A stretch of DNA of 64,000 nucleotides from Candidatus Latescibacterota bacterium (GCA_965248435.1 OZ252100.1:3840001-3904000); one strand, 5' to 3'; numbered from the stretch's first letter, positions 10,020 through 20,046 are shown. Notes: generated from the letters alone by a model not told the origin. Program-made: numbers and translations.

Positions 10020-10871
10020 ATGACCAAGCATCGGAAGCGAATGATCCGGGACATGCAGTTGAAAGGTTTAGATCCGGATACGCAGAAGGCGTACGTGAGC
10101 GGAGTGGCCGGGCTGTGTCGTTACTGCAAGACACCGCCCGACCGGCTCAGCGAAGAAGAGATCCGCGCCTATCTGCACTATCTGATCACTGAGCGGAAGC
10201 TGTCCCAAAGCTATGTCAACCAGGTATACAGCGGGCTGAAGTTTCTGTTCCAAACGACGTTGAAGCGTGACTGGGTCGAGTGGGGCATCCCTCGTGCGAA
10301 GAAGGCAAAGAAGCTCCCGGTGGTACTCTCCACAGAGGAAGTGCAGCGGCTGATCGACAGGACCAACAACCTGAAACACCGTACGCTGCTGATGGTCATT
10401 TACTCTGGCGGGCTCAGACTGAGTGAGGCCATCGGGCTAAAGCTTTCCGATATCGACAGTGACCGGATGCTGATCCGTGTGCGGGGCAAAGGCCAAAAAG
10501 AGCGAGAGACGCTTCTGGCCCAGGAGGCCTTAAAGGCACTCCGCGTCTATTGGCGCACCAACCCGTCTCGCGATTGGCTGTTCCCCGGCGAAAGACCGGA
10601 CGCGCCGCTCCATGCTCGCACTGTCCAGAAAGTCTTCGAGCAGGCCTGCCGACGCGCGGAGATACAAAAGCGTGCGAGTGTCCACTCGCTGCGTCACAGC
10701 TTCGCCACGCATCTTCTGGACAACGGAGTCGACATCCGCTTCGTCCAACAACTGTTGGGTCACACGAGCATTCGAACCACCACCGTCTACCTCCACGTCA
10801 CCACCCGGGACCTCACGCGTATCAGAAGCCCCCTGGACCTTTTGGGAGATGAAGACAAGCCGACTTCGTAG
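10020..10871 (+). CDS. Tyrosine recombinase (N-terminal SAM-like + catalytic domain), without the IntI-specific insertion
   Basis: YSGGLRLSE (R), GKGQKER (K), HSLRHSFATH (HxxR), LLGH..TTVY (H, Y); 283 aa; the segment before WLFPG is short. Confidence 0.92.
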   Translation: MTKHRKRMIRDMQLKGLDPDTQKAYVSGVAGLCRYCKTPPDRLSEEEIRAYLHYLITERKLSQSYVNQVYSGLKFLFQTTLKRDWVEWGIPRAKKAKKLPVVLSTEEVQRLIDRTNNLKHRTLLMVIYSGGLRLSEAIGLKLSDIDSDRMLIRVRGKGQKERETLLAQEALKALRVYWRTNPSRDWLFPGERPDAPLHARTVQKVFEQACRRAEIQKRASVHSLRHSFATHLLDNGVDIRFVQQLLGHTSIRTTTVYLHVTTRDLTRIRSPLDLLGDEDKPTS

Positions 10872-10883
10872 CGGAGGTCGGCC

Positions 10884-12068
10884 ATGTCACAGGCTCTCGA
10901 AGTCGCCGACATCTTCCGGGCCCACGGAGACAGCTATCAAGTAGAATACGGTGATCACATGCCGCTTCGGCAGAAGCGGGCCATGCGGGCTATCCAGATC
11001 TGCCGAACAGCTGCGCTGGGCGGACACGTGGAAGTGTGCGGACACTGCGGAGCGAAGCGGATCGCCTACAACTCCTGCCGCAACCGGCACTGTACGAAGT
11101 GCCAGTTCCTGACGACCGAACGATGGATCGACGCTCGTAAAGAGGATCTCCTTCCGATCCCATACTTCCACGTCGTCTTCACGTTGCCCGAGCCCCTGCG
11201 GCCGCTTGCTCTGCGGAACCAGAAGCTGATCTACAACCTGGTGTTTAAAGCCGCATCGCAGAGTCTTCTGGAGCTGGCGCGGGAACGGAAGTATCTTGGA
11301 GCGCAGATCGGCTTTACCGCCGTGCTTCATACATGGTCTCAGACACTCATCGACCACCCGCATCTGCACTGTATCGTAACTGGAGGTGGGCTGACCCACG
11401 ACGGTCAGGAATGGAAGGCGGCGCGACGGGGCTTCTTTCTACCCGTAAAAGTTCTGTCCCGACTGTTCCGGGGGAAGTTCCTTGCGTTCCTGAAGGACGC
11501 GCACCAGGAAGGCCTTCTGGCGTTCCCGGGATTGAGTGCTCCACTGGAAGATGCGTTCTTCGATCTGCTTCGGGGTCTTTACCAGAGAGAATGGACCGTT
11601 TACGTCAAGCCGACTTTTGCGGATCCAGAACGCATCGTGGCCTATCTGGGACGATACACACACCGGATCGCCATCTCCAACCACCGGCTGGTCGCCTGTG
11701 AGGGCGACCGGGTCTCATTCCACTACCGGGACCGCCAGGCCGGCAACCGACGGAAGCTGATGACCGTCGATGCCTACGAGTTCATCCGGCGGTTCCTGCT
11801 TCACATCCTGCCGGATGGCTTCGTGAAGATCCGGCACTACGGACTGCTCAGCAATCGGGGTCGCCGGAAAAAGCTCGCACGATGCCGTAGGCTCCTGGGC
11901 ACTGTATGCACGACGGCTTCCGCAGCCACAAAGGCGACCTGGCAGGACCTTCTGCTCCGGGTAACAGGCATCGATCTTCAGGTCTGTGCGCAGTGCGGAG
12001 GCCCTATGCTCACAGTCGGAACCCTCGCGCCTCTGCGAGCGCCTCCGGCACATGTTGCCGTAGCTTGA
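10884..12068 (+). CDS. IS91-family rolling-circle (HUH, Y2) transposase with N-terminal zinc-binding domain
   Basis: CRTAALGGH..CGHC..YNSCRNRHCTKC; HPHLHC HUH motif; YLGRY (YxxxY); FIRRFLLHILP..IRHYG; GGAGG RBS directly after the recombinase stop. Confidence 0.93.
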   Translation: MSQALEVADIFRAHGDSYQVEYGDHMPLRQKRAMRAIQICRTAALGGHVEVCGHCGAKRIAYNSCRNRHCTKCQFLTTERWIDARKEDLLPIPYFHVVFTLPEPLRPLALRNQKLIYNLVFKAASQSLLELARERKYLGAQIGFTAVLHTWSQTLIDHPHLHCIVTGGGLTHDGQEWKAARRGFFLPVKVLSRLFRGKFLAFLKDAHQEGLLAFPGLSAPLEDAFFDLLRGLYQREWTVYVKPTFADPERIVAYLGRYTHRIAISNHRLVACEGDRVSFHYRDRQAGNRRKLMTVDAYEFIRRFLLHILPDGFVKIRHYGLLSNRGRRKKLARCRRLLGTVCTTASAATKATWQDLLLRVTGIDLQVCAQCGGPMLTVGTLAPLRAPPAHVAVA

Positions 12069-12273
12069 GCTCCTACACCATCCCTTGCCCGCAAGCCCAA
12101 CCACCCAACACGGCAGTAGTCTGTCCACTCTTTGAGCTTGGTAGAGCGACTATGGGATCCTGCGACATCGGCCCCTCCAAACAGCTTCAAATACGGTCCG
12201 ATGACTGGGCCAGCCCAGCGGTCCTTACACAAGAATCACTCATCCAATCCCCATAGGCAGGTGAAGCGGCTTC

Positions 12274-12348
12274 GTTCAACACCGTGTATCCGGAATCCCG
12301 CTCCCGTCCACGCTTCTCCGACTCCGGATACACGCTTAATCGTTAACT
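12274..12348 (+). repeat. attC-like site A0 (closes the recombinase-transposase module)
   Basis: GTTCAAC, stem cgtgtatccgga/tccggatacacg, then GTTAACT. Confidence 0.75.
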
Positions 12349-12383
12349 GCAATCGTGGCCTGGGTGTCAAAGCAAGGAGAACC

Positions 12384-13448
12384 ATGTTGTCTGTAGCTGT
12401 TGTGGCCCTGGTATCTGTCCTGCTTTTGTCAGATTCTTCTTTCGGAAGAGATGTGAACCTTGACCTGACTCAAGCAGTAGCCGAAAATGACAGCGCCGCC
12501 TTGAGAGTCGCTCTAGATTTAGTTGCAGATGTGAATGCTAAGGACCAGAAAGGCATGACAGCTCTAATGGATGCGGCGATGAACCCCAATCCACACATTA
12601 CACAAATGTTGTTGGATTCAGGAGCAGCTGCAAATGCAATAGATTCGGAAGGCAGGACAGCTTTAATGTATGCGGCAGTGAAAGGAAATATCACAACCGT
12701 TCAAACCCTGTTGGACGCGGGTGCCCATATGAACACTCAAAACCGCGGGGGTAGGACAGTTTTGATGCTAGCTTCAGCAGCGGGTTACGAATCAATCGTA
12801 CAGGTGTTACTGGATGCGGGGGCTAGGGTGAATGCAGAAGACGGGAATGGTTACACGGCATTGAGGTGGGCGGAAAAGAATGCTCACATTGGCATTGCGC
12901 GGACGTTGCGGCTTGAGCGGGTACGGTTTAGGCCAGACATTGATATTCCCCTAATACGGGCATCATTTGCCGGAGACATATCCACTGTCCAAGCCTTGGT
13001 TGAGAAGGGCGTTGATGTGAACTTGAGGGACGAAGGTGGCAATACAGCTCTGAAATGCTCAGCTCGAAAGGGACATACAGACATTGTAGAAGTACTGTTG
13101 GATAGAGGTTCAGACGTGGATGCACAAAGTAAGAATGGCCATACAGCCCTGATGGTGGCAGCTCGTAAGGGCCATACGACTATTTTAGAAGTGCTCCTAG
13201 AAAAGGGCGCAGATGTGAACGCCACGGATATATATAGGGTTACGGCTTTGATGGGCGCGGCAGTCAAGTGTCATCGGACTGTCGTGCAAGCGCTTCTGGA
13301 TAATAATGCGGATGTCAATTTGAAAGACAGTAAGGGTAGAACAGCCTTGGAGTTAGCCAAGATGGCCTTAGGATCTGCCGTCGATTCAAACAAGGAACGC
13401 TATTCTGACCTTATTCTGTTGCTCCAGAATGCAGGAGCCGAGGAATAG
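12384..13448 (+). CDS. Cassette 1: secreted ankyrin-repeat protein
   Basis: Repeated GxTALMxAA..GADVN motifs; hydrophobic N-terminus; AAGGAG RBS before ATG 12384. Confidence 0.9.
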   Translation: MLSVAVVALVSVLLLSDSSFGRDVNLDLTQAVAENDSAALRVALDLVADVNAKDQKGMTALMDAAMNPNPHITQMLLDSGAAANAIDSEGRTALMYAAVKGNITTVQTLLDAGAHMNTQNRGGRTVLMLASAAGYESIVQVLLDAGARVNAEDGNGYTALRWAEKNAHIGIARTLRLERVRFRPDIDIPLIRASFAGDISTVQALVEKGVDVNLRDEGGNTALKCSARKGHTDIVEVLLDRGSDVDAQSKNGHTALMVAARKGHTTILEVLLEKGADVNATDIYRVTALMGAAVKCHRTVVQALLDNNADVNLKDSKGRTALELAKMALGSAVDSNKERYSDLILLLQNAGAEE

Positions 13449-13480
13449 CTGACTGTCAAAAGTTCTACGGCCACGACAGC

Positions 13481-13561
13481 AGTTAACAAGGCACTTGCGG
13501 CTCGGGCCGTGCGGCCCTCGGCAAACCCCTACGGGGTTCGCAAGTGCCTAGACCGTTACAC
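13481..13561 (+). repeat. attC-like site A1
   Basis: AGTTAAC, stem aggcacttgcg/cgcaagtgcct, GTTACAC. Confidence 0.85.
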
Positions 13562-13587
13562 GCCAGGCACACAAGGATGGCTCAAAG

Positions 13588-14160
13588 GTGCTGATGCCCG
13601 AAGCCCTATCCATAATCGTGCAGCGGGTCTTTCACTCCAAGCCTCGATCAACACTGTTGACGGAGAGCACTGCACTCCAAGCTAGCGAGTTGGCCGACAC
13701 TTGCCTGGGCCTGCGCGCGCAGATGCTCCACTGTCTGGAGGGGCTTCCCGCGCTGGCCTTCGAACCGGCGCCTGACCGCCTGCCTGGGGAGACTGGCTGG
13801 ACGGCGGGTGAGATCGTCAGCCACAACACCGACCGCCTGTTGTGGGCGCTGACCGAGGCAACCGCGACCGCCGGACTGAGCGAAAGCATTGTTCCGAGGC
13901 CGCCCGAAGTGGTCGCGAGCAACGCAGCGCACGAGCCTATACTTCTAGACCGCTGCCTTGCCCTGGAGGTCGTGCAGGCGGCAAACGGCCATCTCAAGAG
14001 TGTGCTTCCTCTCCTGTTGTCAACCGACCGGGGGGAGACGACAACGAGGACTCACCACGGACCCATGAGCGTCAAATCGTGGCTACTCCTGATTTGTATC
14101 CACGACAGCGACCATTTGGGGCAGTTGCGCGCACGCCAGGAGCCAGGCACGTTGGCTTGA
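13588..14160 (+). CDS. Cassette 2: DinB-like four-helix protein
   Basis: WTAGEIVSH and IHDSDHLGQL histidine motifs. Confidence 0.7.
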   Translation: MLMPEALSIIVQRVFHSKPRSTLLTESTALQASELADTCLGLRAQMLHCLEGLPALAFEPAPDRLPGETGWTAGEIVSHNTDRLLWALTEATATAGLSESIVPRPPEVVASNAAHEPILLDRCLALEVVQAANGHLKSVLPLLLSTDRGETTTRTHHGPMSVKSWLLLICIHDSDHLGQLRARQEPGTLA

Positions 14161-14203
14161 TGAGGAGGCGATGCTTTTTACATGTGGTGTGGATGTGCCC
14201 GGC

Positions 14204-14345
14204 GTGTAACACGACGGGCTGCGGCTCGTGGCATTCGCCCCTCGCCCAACCTGCCTCATCGCGGTCACGGCACTTGCTCAAGAAAATCGTGGGTGGCAAG
14301 CGCCGCGCCCGCTTGGCAGGTTCGCAGCCCGCGAGAACGTTACAC
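14204..14345 (+). repeat. attC-like site A2 (long form)
   Basis: GTGTAAC, outer stem cgggctgcg/cgcagcccg, inner aacctgcc/ggcaggtt, gagaacGTTACAC. Confidence 0.9.
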
Positions 14346-14408
14346 GCCAGCAGGTTCTTCCTGAAACAACCGATAGGATGATGTTCCTGATGGAGTTCCC
14401 TTGGAGCA

Positions 14409-15299
14409 ATGATGAAAGACTCTTTTTCCGTATCTGACATCCCGCCCGAAGAAATCCAAGAGGTAATCGAGGTCACCAACGACTATCTAGTTGCGTTGGC
14501 GGCTGCGTCGAGGGATCAAGATGGGCATGTAAACGTGAACTGGACTGCTAGCGGCATGCTGGCTACCATAGGCGGTGAGCCCACTATCATCACTGCCCGA
14601 CATGTCGCTGAGGCTCTGGAAAGAGAAGAACCGGAGAGTGTTAAGATCTGGACTGACTTCAGAAAGGAAAGTGCAACGGCAGTAATGTCTTTAGACATTA
14701 CGCATGTACGCTTTGTGAAGTCTGCAAAACCGGCGTCAGGGAAGGCCATTGATGGCCCTGACCTGGCATTGATATTACTTCCGGACCACTTGGTTGGATC
14801 AATATCGGCCACCAAGGGCTTCTACAATCTGGACAAACGGCGCGACGCCGCGCTCCAGCAGGAGGGACCGCCCACGACAGGCTTCTGGCTTGCTCGTGGC
14901 TTTCCGTACGAACTCGTGACCGGGATGGATGGCGCCGAGGGTTTCTGCTTCTACTGCCTCAACCACGTGTGCTACCTCAGCGGATCCCACGAAGAGGCTG
15001 GCCATGATTACTACGACCTGGAGTTCGATTTCACATTGATGGACACCCTATCAGCCTCCGGCGAGCATCCAGAGTTGAAGACCAACCAGGGAATGAGCGG
15101 TGGTCCTATATGGCACGTTAAGGTTCACGGCGACTCGGAGGGCGTACCACGAATAAAGGACCCGCAGGGAGATATCCTTCTCTCCGGAGTGATCTTCTAC
15201 GAGTACGACCTAGAGAAGGAAAGCAAGAAGTTTCGCTGTCACGGAATCCGGTCGGTCTATAAAGCGCTCTACGATCTCCTCAAACAGCAGACTGACTAA
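14409..15299 (+). CDS. Cassette 3: trypsin-like serine protease, no signal peptide
   Basis: IITARHV, DLALI and GMSGGP give a His-Asp-Ser triad. Confidence 0.75.
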   Translation: MMKDSFSVSDIPPEEIQEVIEVTNDYLVALAAASRDQDGHVNVNWTASGMLATIGGEPTIITARHVAEALEREEPESVKIWTDFRKESATAVMSLDITHVRFVKSAKPASGKAIDGPDLALILLPDHLVGSISATKGFYNLDKRRDAALQQEGPPTTGFWLARGFPYELVTGMDGAEGFCFYCLNHVCYLSGSHEEAGHDYYDLEFDFTLMDTLSASGEHPELKTNQGMSGGPIWHVKVHGDSEGVPRIKDPQGDILLSGVIFYEYDLEKESKKFRCHGIRSVYKALYDLLKQQTD

Positions 15300-15316
15300 C
15301 CCTTTGGTGCGCCGGC

Positions 15317-15455
15317 GTGTAACACGAGCACCCACGGCTCCGGCGCATACGCGCCTCCGCTGAAACCTGCCTCCCGCCTTACCAGTCTGCTCTGATAGAT
15401 GCCTGACGGCCTTCGTGAAGAGTCGGCAGGTTCGTGGGTGCCGAGAACGTTAAGT
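15317..15455 (+). repeat. attC-like site A3
   Basis: GTGTAAC, gcacccacg/cgtgggtgc, gagaacGTTAAGT. Confidence 0.9.
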
Positions 15456-15484
15456 GAAACCCGACGAAGGGGTTTACGCAAATC

Positions 15485-16132
15485 ATGCAATCTAAGCGGG
15501 CTGTGGTCCTCCAGCGCATCGCTGCAGAAATCTGGGGGAACCTTACTGACAATGTGATAAAAGTCGCGATCGATGGTGTAGATGGCGCCGGCAAGACGAC
15601 ATTTGCAGACGAGCTCGCTGAAATCATCGAAAACCGACCTATAATCCGTGCATCAGTAGATTTCTTTCACAATCCCCGAGCAATCAGATACCGACAGGGA
15701 AAAGATTCGCCGTTAGGTTTTTTCGAAGACTCGTACAACTACGAGGAACTTCTCGGCTTACTTCTCAATCCTCTAAGTCCTGGAGGGTCTGGGCGCTTTC
15801 GCACTAAGGCATTCGACCACAGGACCGACGCCCACGTTGAGTCACCCGAACTGTACGCGGAGCCAGAGTCGATTCTCTTGTTCGACGGGATTTTCTTGCA
15901 TAGACCTGAACTTTGGGACATATGGGATTATTCAATCTACTTGGACGTGAATTTCGAGAACTCAATTCCGAGATGTGCTCTCCGTGGAGAGGGAAATCCG
16001 GATCCCTATGCCGAGCAGAACCGCCGCTACATAGAGGGGCAGAAAATTTACATCCAAAACTGCCAACCCAGTGAACGGGCAACAATAATCGTCGACAACA
16101 ATGATTTGGATGCTCCCTTTATCGTTTCTTAA
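15485..16132 (+). CDS. Cassette 4: uridine-kinase-like P-loop kinase
   Basis: VAIDGVDGAGKTT Walker A; LLFDGIFL; RRYIEGQ. Confidence 0.8.
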   Translation: MQSKRAVVLQRIAAEIWGNLTDNVIKVAIDGVDGAGKTTFADELAEIIENRPIIRASVDFFHNPRAIRYRQGKDSPLGFFEDSYNYEELLGLLLNPLSPGGSGRFRTKAFDHRTDAHVESPELYAEPESILLFDGIFLHRPELWDIWDYSIYLDVNFENSIPRCALRGEGNPDPYAEQNRRYIEGQKIYIQNCQPSERATIIVDNNDLDAPFIVS

Positions 16133-16166
16133 TGCTGGTACGGCGGGCGTATCCGCGTCGGACTTC

Positions 16167-16294
16167 ACTTAACACGTCCACTTGCGCTGCGGCGCATTCG
16201 CGCCTTGGCCTGACGGCAACCCGCCTTCCTCCTTCGCTGCTTCGCAGCTTCGGAGGGCAAGTCGGCGGGTTCGCAAGTGGCGGGAACGTTATAT
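16167..16294 (+). repeat. attC-like site A4
   Basis: ACTTAAC, ccacttgcg/cgcaagtgg, GTTATAT. Confidence 0.9.
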
Positions 16295-16321
16295 GCAATG
16301 CAGCCAGGAGAGGGTTTTCGA

Positions 16322-17044
16322 ATGGAGAGTCGATTGGATTCGGACCATCCAGATCCCATCCTTGCAGAGCAGGTAGAGTACTACCGTGCTCGGGCTCCAG
16401 AGTACGATGACTGGTACCTCCGCAGGGGGCGATACGATCACGGGCAAGAGCTGAATGACCGATTCAGGGCAGAAATCAACACCGTTGAAACCGAGGTGAG
16501 GGCTCTTGCGAATGTGGACAGGATTTTGGAACTGGCTGCTGGTACCGGCTGGTGGACGAGGCTCTTTCGGGAGACAGGTGCCAGAGTGACGGCCGTGGAT
16601 TCTTCGCCGGAGGTCCTAGCAAAGAACCGGGGTAGGAATGGAGACGAGAAGATCGAGTACGTAGAGGCCGATGTACTCAGTTGGACGCCGCGCGGAAGGT
16701 ATGATCTGGTCTTCTTCGGCTGCTGGCTCTCTCATGTCCCCCCCGACCAGTTTGAGACCTTCTGGAATAGAGTTGGAGAATCTGTGAAACCGGGAGGCAA
16801 AGTGGCTTTCGTGGACACACTGCGAGAAGGAATCAAGACCGTGGCGGCGCGAGACCATCACCGGAGAGAGAATGAAGGCGACATCACCGAACGCTACCTA
16901 AACGACGGAACGCCGTTCAAGATTTACAAAGTCTTCTACCAACCAGAGGAGTTGACAGAACGGCTACAACGACTGGGATGGGAAGTCAAGGTCAAGACCA
17001 GCGGAGAGTACTTCCTTTTCGGATCGGGTGAAAGGGAAAACTAA
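16322..17044 (+). CDS. Cassette 5: class I SAM-dependent methyltransferase
   Basis: ILELAAGTGWW motif I; YDLVFF..WLSHVP. Confidence 0.85.
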   Translation: MESRLDSDHPDPILAEQVEYYRARAPEYDDWYLRRGRYDHGQELNDRFRAEINTVETEVRALANVDRILELAAGTGWWTRLFRETGARVTAVDSSPEVLAKNRGRNGDEKIEYVEADVLSWTPRGRYDLVFFGCWLSHVPPDQFETFWNRVGESVKPGGKVAFVDTLREGIKTVAARDHHRRENEGDITERYLNDGTPFKIYKVFYQPEELTERLQRLGWEVKVKTSGEYFLFGSGEREN

Positions 17045-17088
17045 CCCCCACAGAAATGTGTTTTCTCTCGGCAACCTGGCTGCACTGC

Positions 17089-17175
17089 ATATAACACGAC
17101 GGGCTGCGGCTCCGGCCATTTGGCCTCCGCACCAACCTGCCTGCGGCAGGTTCGCAGCCCGCGAGAACGTTATAG
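17089..17175 (+). repeat. attC-like site A5 (short form)
   Basis: ATATAAC, cgggctgcg/cgcagcccg, GTTATAG. Confidence 0.9.
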
Positions 17176-17252
17176 GAAATGCCAGCAGCTCAACTTACTG
17201 GGTGGTTGTTAAGAATGTTCGGAACTATTGAATCGAAAGAGGTGCGCTGAAC

Positions 17253-17906
17253 ATGAAAGTGCCCTACGCAGACTCCGGTGTATGGGACCGAAGGTTCGAG
17301 CAAGAAGGTGATTTAGACTGGGGAGGGCTTTGGACCGATCCGTTCATAGAACTTTTTCGGGAGAACGGTTGCCATTCGATTCTGGATCTGGGGTGTGGGA
17401 CTGGAAACGATGTACTCCGCCTGGCAGAGGAAGGGTTTCAAGTCACTGGACTGGATTTCTCTGAGCACGCTCTTAATCTAGCGGAGCCTAAGAGGATTCA
17501 GGATGCGACATTCATTCGGGCGGACATGGTCGATGGGCTGCCGTTTGTTGATAAGCGCTTCGATGCTGCAATGGCGAACGTAGCGCTTCACATGTTCGAC
17601 CGTGGCACCACAGACACTGTCATTCAAGAAGTAAGAAGGATCCTCCGTCCGGAGGGAGTGTTCATCTTTCACGTCAACTCTATTGATGATCGAAGGCTGC
17701 GTGAGAAGCGTAGGAAACCCGAGGAGGAACTGGATAAGAATCTTATCAGAGAAGAAGATGGACAGACCGTTCACTTTTTCACCCAGACCGAACTCAAGTT
17801 ACTCTTTGCTGGATGGTCCCAGTTACAACTTGACCACTTGGAGATTCCGCATAGGGAAACGGGTGAACCATTCAAGAGGATGTGGAGAGGAGTGGCCAAG
17901 AATTGA
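17253..17906 (+). CDS. Cassette 6: class I SAM-dependent methyltransferase
   Basis: ILDLGCGTG; GLDFS; RILRPEG. Confidence 0.88.
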   Translation: MKVPYADSGVWDRRFEQEGDLDWGGLWTDPFIELFRENGCHSILDLGCGTGNDVLRLAEEGFQVTGLDFSEHALNLAEPKRIQDATFIRADMVDGLPFVDKRFDAAMANVALHMFDRGTTDTVIQEVRRILRPEGVFIFHVNSIDDRRLREKRRKPEEELDKNLIREEDGQTVHFFTQTELKLLFAGWSQLQLDHLEIPHRETGEPFKRMWRGVAKN

Positions 17907-17943
17907 GGATCTAACCAATTAGAAACATGACTGCTGGCACTTC

Positions 17944-18037
17944 CTATAACACGACCACTTGCGCTGCGTCGCTTTCGCTCCTTGGCCTTTACGGCAACCC
18001 GCCTTTGGCGGGTTCGCAAATGGCGAGAACGTTATGC
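17944..18037 (+). repeat. attC-like site A6
   Basis: CTATAAC, ccacttgcg/cgcaaatgg, GTTATGC. Confidence 0.9.
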
Positions 18038-18143
18038 GCCAATGCTGTTTCTGTGGTGGAAACTGCAGACTAGGGAGCAGACCCCCAGGGCAATTGTTTG
18101 TACACCCAGATTGCCTATGATGGTGTAACGAGCAAGAAAGTTC

Positions 18144-18680
18144 ATGACAAAGATCAAGAACCTTCGAGATGTGGGACTCGGCATCAACGAAATCCTAGTG
18201 GAAAGCATGCTTAGACAGTGCGCTCTCTATCGCAGCGGCGCCCTACCTGATTCTCTGCAAAAGGGTGATCTGCCCTGGGTTGAGACCGTTATTAGCCTGA
18301 GACGGGAGGCCGATCCCGAACTCGAAAACATCAAACAGCTGCAAGTTGCACCCAATGGCTCGATGAACAACTACGTTTTCACGGCTCAGGTCTTCGAAGA
18401 GTGGATTCAGAGACTGTATAGGACACTAGCGGAGTTTACTGTCTGGCCTGTTCTCCTGCATTGTACAGGAGGCAAAGATAGAACTGGAGTTGGCGTCGCC
18501 CTTGTTTTGAGAAACCTTGGCATCTCTGAGGACGCCATTGTGGAGGAGTATATGCGGGGTGAAGGCACTCGCTACCCAGAAAGCATGGAGAACCTCCTAA
18601 AAGAACTCCCTCGGCTGTCACATCTAAGAATGGATGAACAACAAAAGGAAACGATCGGAAGTGAATTGCTGGCGGACTAG
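18144..18680 (+). CDS. Cassette 7: protein tyrosine/dual-specificity phosphatase
   Basis: NLRDVG, LYRSG, HCTGGKDRTG (CX5R). Confidence 0.88.
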   Translation: MTKIKNLRDVGLGINEILVESMLRQCALYRSGALPDSLQKGDLPWVETVISLRREADPELENIKQLQVAPNGSMNNYVFTAQVFEEWIQRLYRTLAEFTVWPVLLHCTGGKDRTGVGVALVLRNLGISEDAIVEEYMRGEGTRYPESMENLLKELPRLSHLRMDEQQKETIGSELLAD

Positions 18681-18766
18681 ACGTCGGGTTCGGATAGAGG
18701 CAAGACCGAGAAAGTCAGGCAAACGACTGCTCTTGTATTTCTGTCGAGACACAGAAACAGCACAGC

Positions 18767-18911
18767 GCATAACAACGGCACCCCCGGCTTCGGCGCTTAC
18801 GCGCCTGCGCGCAACCTGCCTGGCGCTGTCACGGCGCTTGCAATAAATCAAGACCCTGAGGGGCAAGCGCCGCGCCAGCTTGGCAGGTTCGTGGGTGCTT
18901 GACCGTTAAAC
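18767..18911 (+). repeat. attC-like site A7
   Basis: GCATAAC, gcaccc/gggtgc, GTTAAAC. Confidence 0.88.
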
Positions 18912-18933
18912 GACATAAGAAAAATCAATCACT

Positions 18934-19923
18934 ATGGTAGACAGTTGGAACAAGGATTCTAATACGGAAGTGCTCAACAAAATCGATCAATTCATATTTG
19001 AATACCCTGAATACACTCGCGAAGGAGTTGATCTGCGTCCCCCAATGGGTACGAACCGGGTTGTATTCGCACGCCGAGGGCAAGATAAGGTTGTGTTCAA
19101 AGTATTCTGTGAAGAAGAACGCAAGGAGCGCGAGTGTTTCGCCCTACGCCACTGGCATAAGACGGGTCTGGTGCCCCATATTATCTGGGATGATGACCCC
19201 ACTATGGTCATTCTGTCCTGGATACCCGGATTGACGATGGGCGAAGCGCGGGAGCAGGGTGCAACAGACGCTGAATTTTGCACCGTCTATCAACAAATTG
19301 GCGAAGCGTTTGCGACGCTGAATACAGTCCCTCTAAGTCCCGCCGATCAAGCAGCTTTTGAGAATCGCTTCTATAGTGACTTAGGCCCCCTTGATTCGTA
19401 TTTGGAGCGCATTCTAGAGTTAGCCAAGGGCGTGCATGTCCGAGATCCAGATTTCCAAGATGTTTTTTGGGGGGAAAGTCTCGATTTTATCGAAGAGCAA
19501 CTAAACAAGATTCTAAACCAACCCCGTCTTCTCTATCATCAAGATGCCGGAAATCTGCACATCAAAGGAGAACGCTTGATTGGTTTTTTCGATTTGGAGA
19601 TGTGTCGGGTCGGTGGTTTCGCCATGCAATTGGCAGCCGCGCCTGGAGTATTTTACGAAGACGGAAGTAATCCAGAAGAGCTACGAAAAGTGCTCTGGCG
19701 CGCATTTCGCCGAGGTTGGGAAGATGCGATAGGCAATCCCTTAAGTTTCGATGATCTCGAAGCGATTACAGCCGCCAACCACTTGCTAAACTGGCGTGAG
19801 ATTACTCGCTATTTGAGCTACGATGGTACTCCTGGAACAGGCTTTTCTTGGGCTAACCCGGCTGATCCCGTAAGGTATCGAAACCGACTTGAACCACTGG
19901 CACGCGTACTCCAAACACAATAA
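18934..19923 (+). CDS. Cassette 8: APH/choline-kinase-like phosphotransferase
   Basis: VVFKVF; HQDAGNL (HxDxxN-like); FFDLE. Confidence 0.7.
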   Translation: MVDSWNKDSNTEVLNKIDQFIFEYPEYTREGVDLRPPMGTNRVVFARRGQDKVVFKVFCEEERKERECFALRHWHKTGLVPHIIWDDDPTMVILSWIPGLTMGEAREQGATDAEFCTVYQQIGEAFATLNTVPLSPADQAAFENRFYSDLGPLDSYLERILELAKGVHVRDPDFQDVFWGESLDFIEEQLNKILNQPRLLYHQDAGNLHIKGERLIGFFDLEMCRVGGFAMQLAAAPGVFYEDGSNPEELRKVLWRAFRRGWEDAIGNPLSFDDLEAITAANHLLNWREITRYLSYDGTPGTGFSWANPADPVRYRNRLEPLARVLQTQ

Positions 19924-19944
19924 ATGATGAAACTATCTTACGTC

Positions 19945-20046
19945 GTTTAACAGGCCACACACGCTGCGGTCGCTACGCTCCCTTGGCCTACGGCACAGCG
20001 GCTCCGTTTCACTGCGCCGCCGTCGTGTATGGCCGGACCGTTAGCC
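19945..20046 (+). repeat. attC-like site A8 (divergent sequence)
   Basis: GTTTAAC, ggccacacacg/cgtgtatggcc, GTTAGCC. Confidence 0.8.

Larger units (their letters stand above)
9862..12280 (+). mobile_element. Tyrosine recombinase + IS91-family transposase module bounded by 18-bp imperfect inverted repeats in cassette format
   Basis: Left GTTGAACTAAACCGCTTC (9862-9879) vs reverse complement of 12263-12280, GTTGAACGAAGCCGCTTC (16/18); oriIS-like CAATCCCCATAG at 12245-12256. Confidence 0.8.

Noticed and set aside
10020-10871. Calling the recombinase intI or xerC/xerD
   Set aside because: It lacks the IntI-specific insertion and is coupled to an IS91-type transposase; no symbol assigned.
12132-12383. 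N-terminal extensions of cassette ORFs in the ORF track (also 16277, 19983, 23634, and 21798 for IS110)
   Set aside because: They run through recombination sites or the putative bridge RNA; downstream ATGs fit better.
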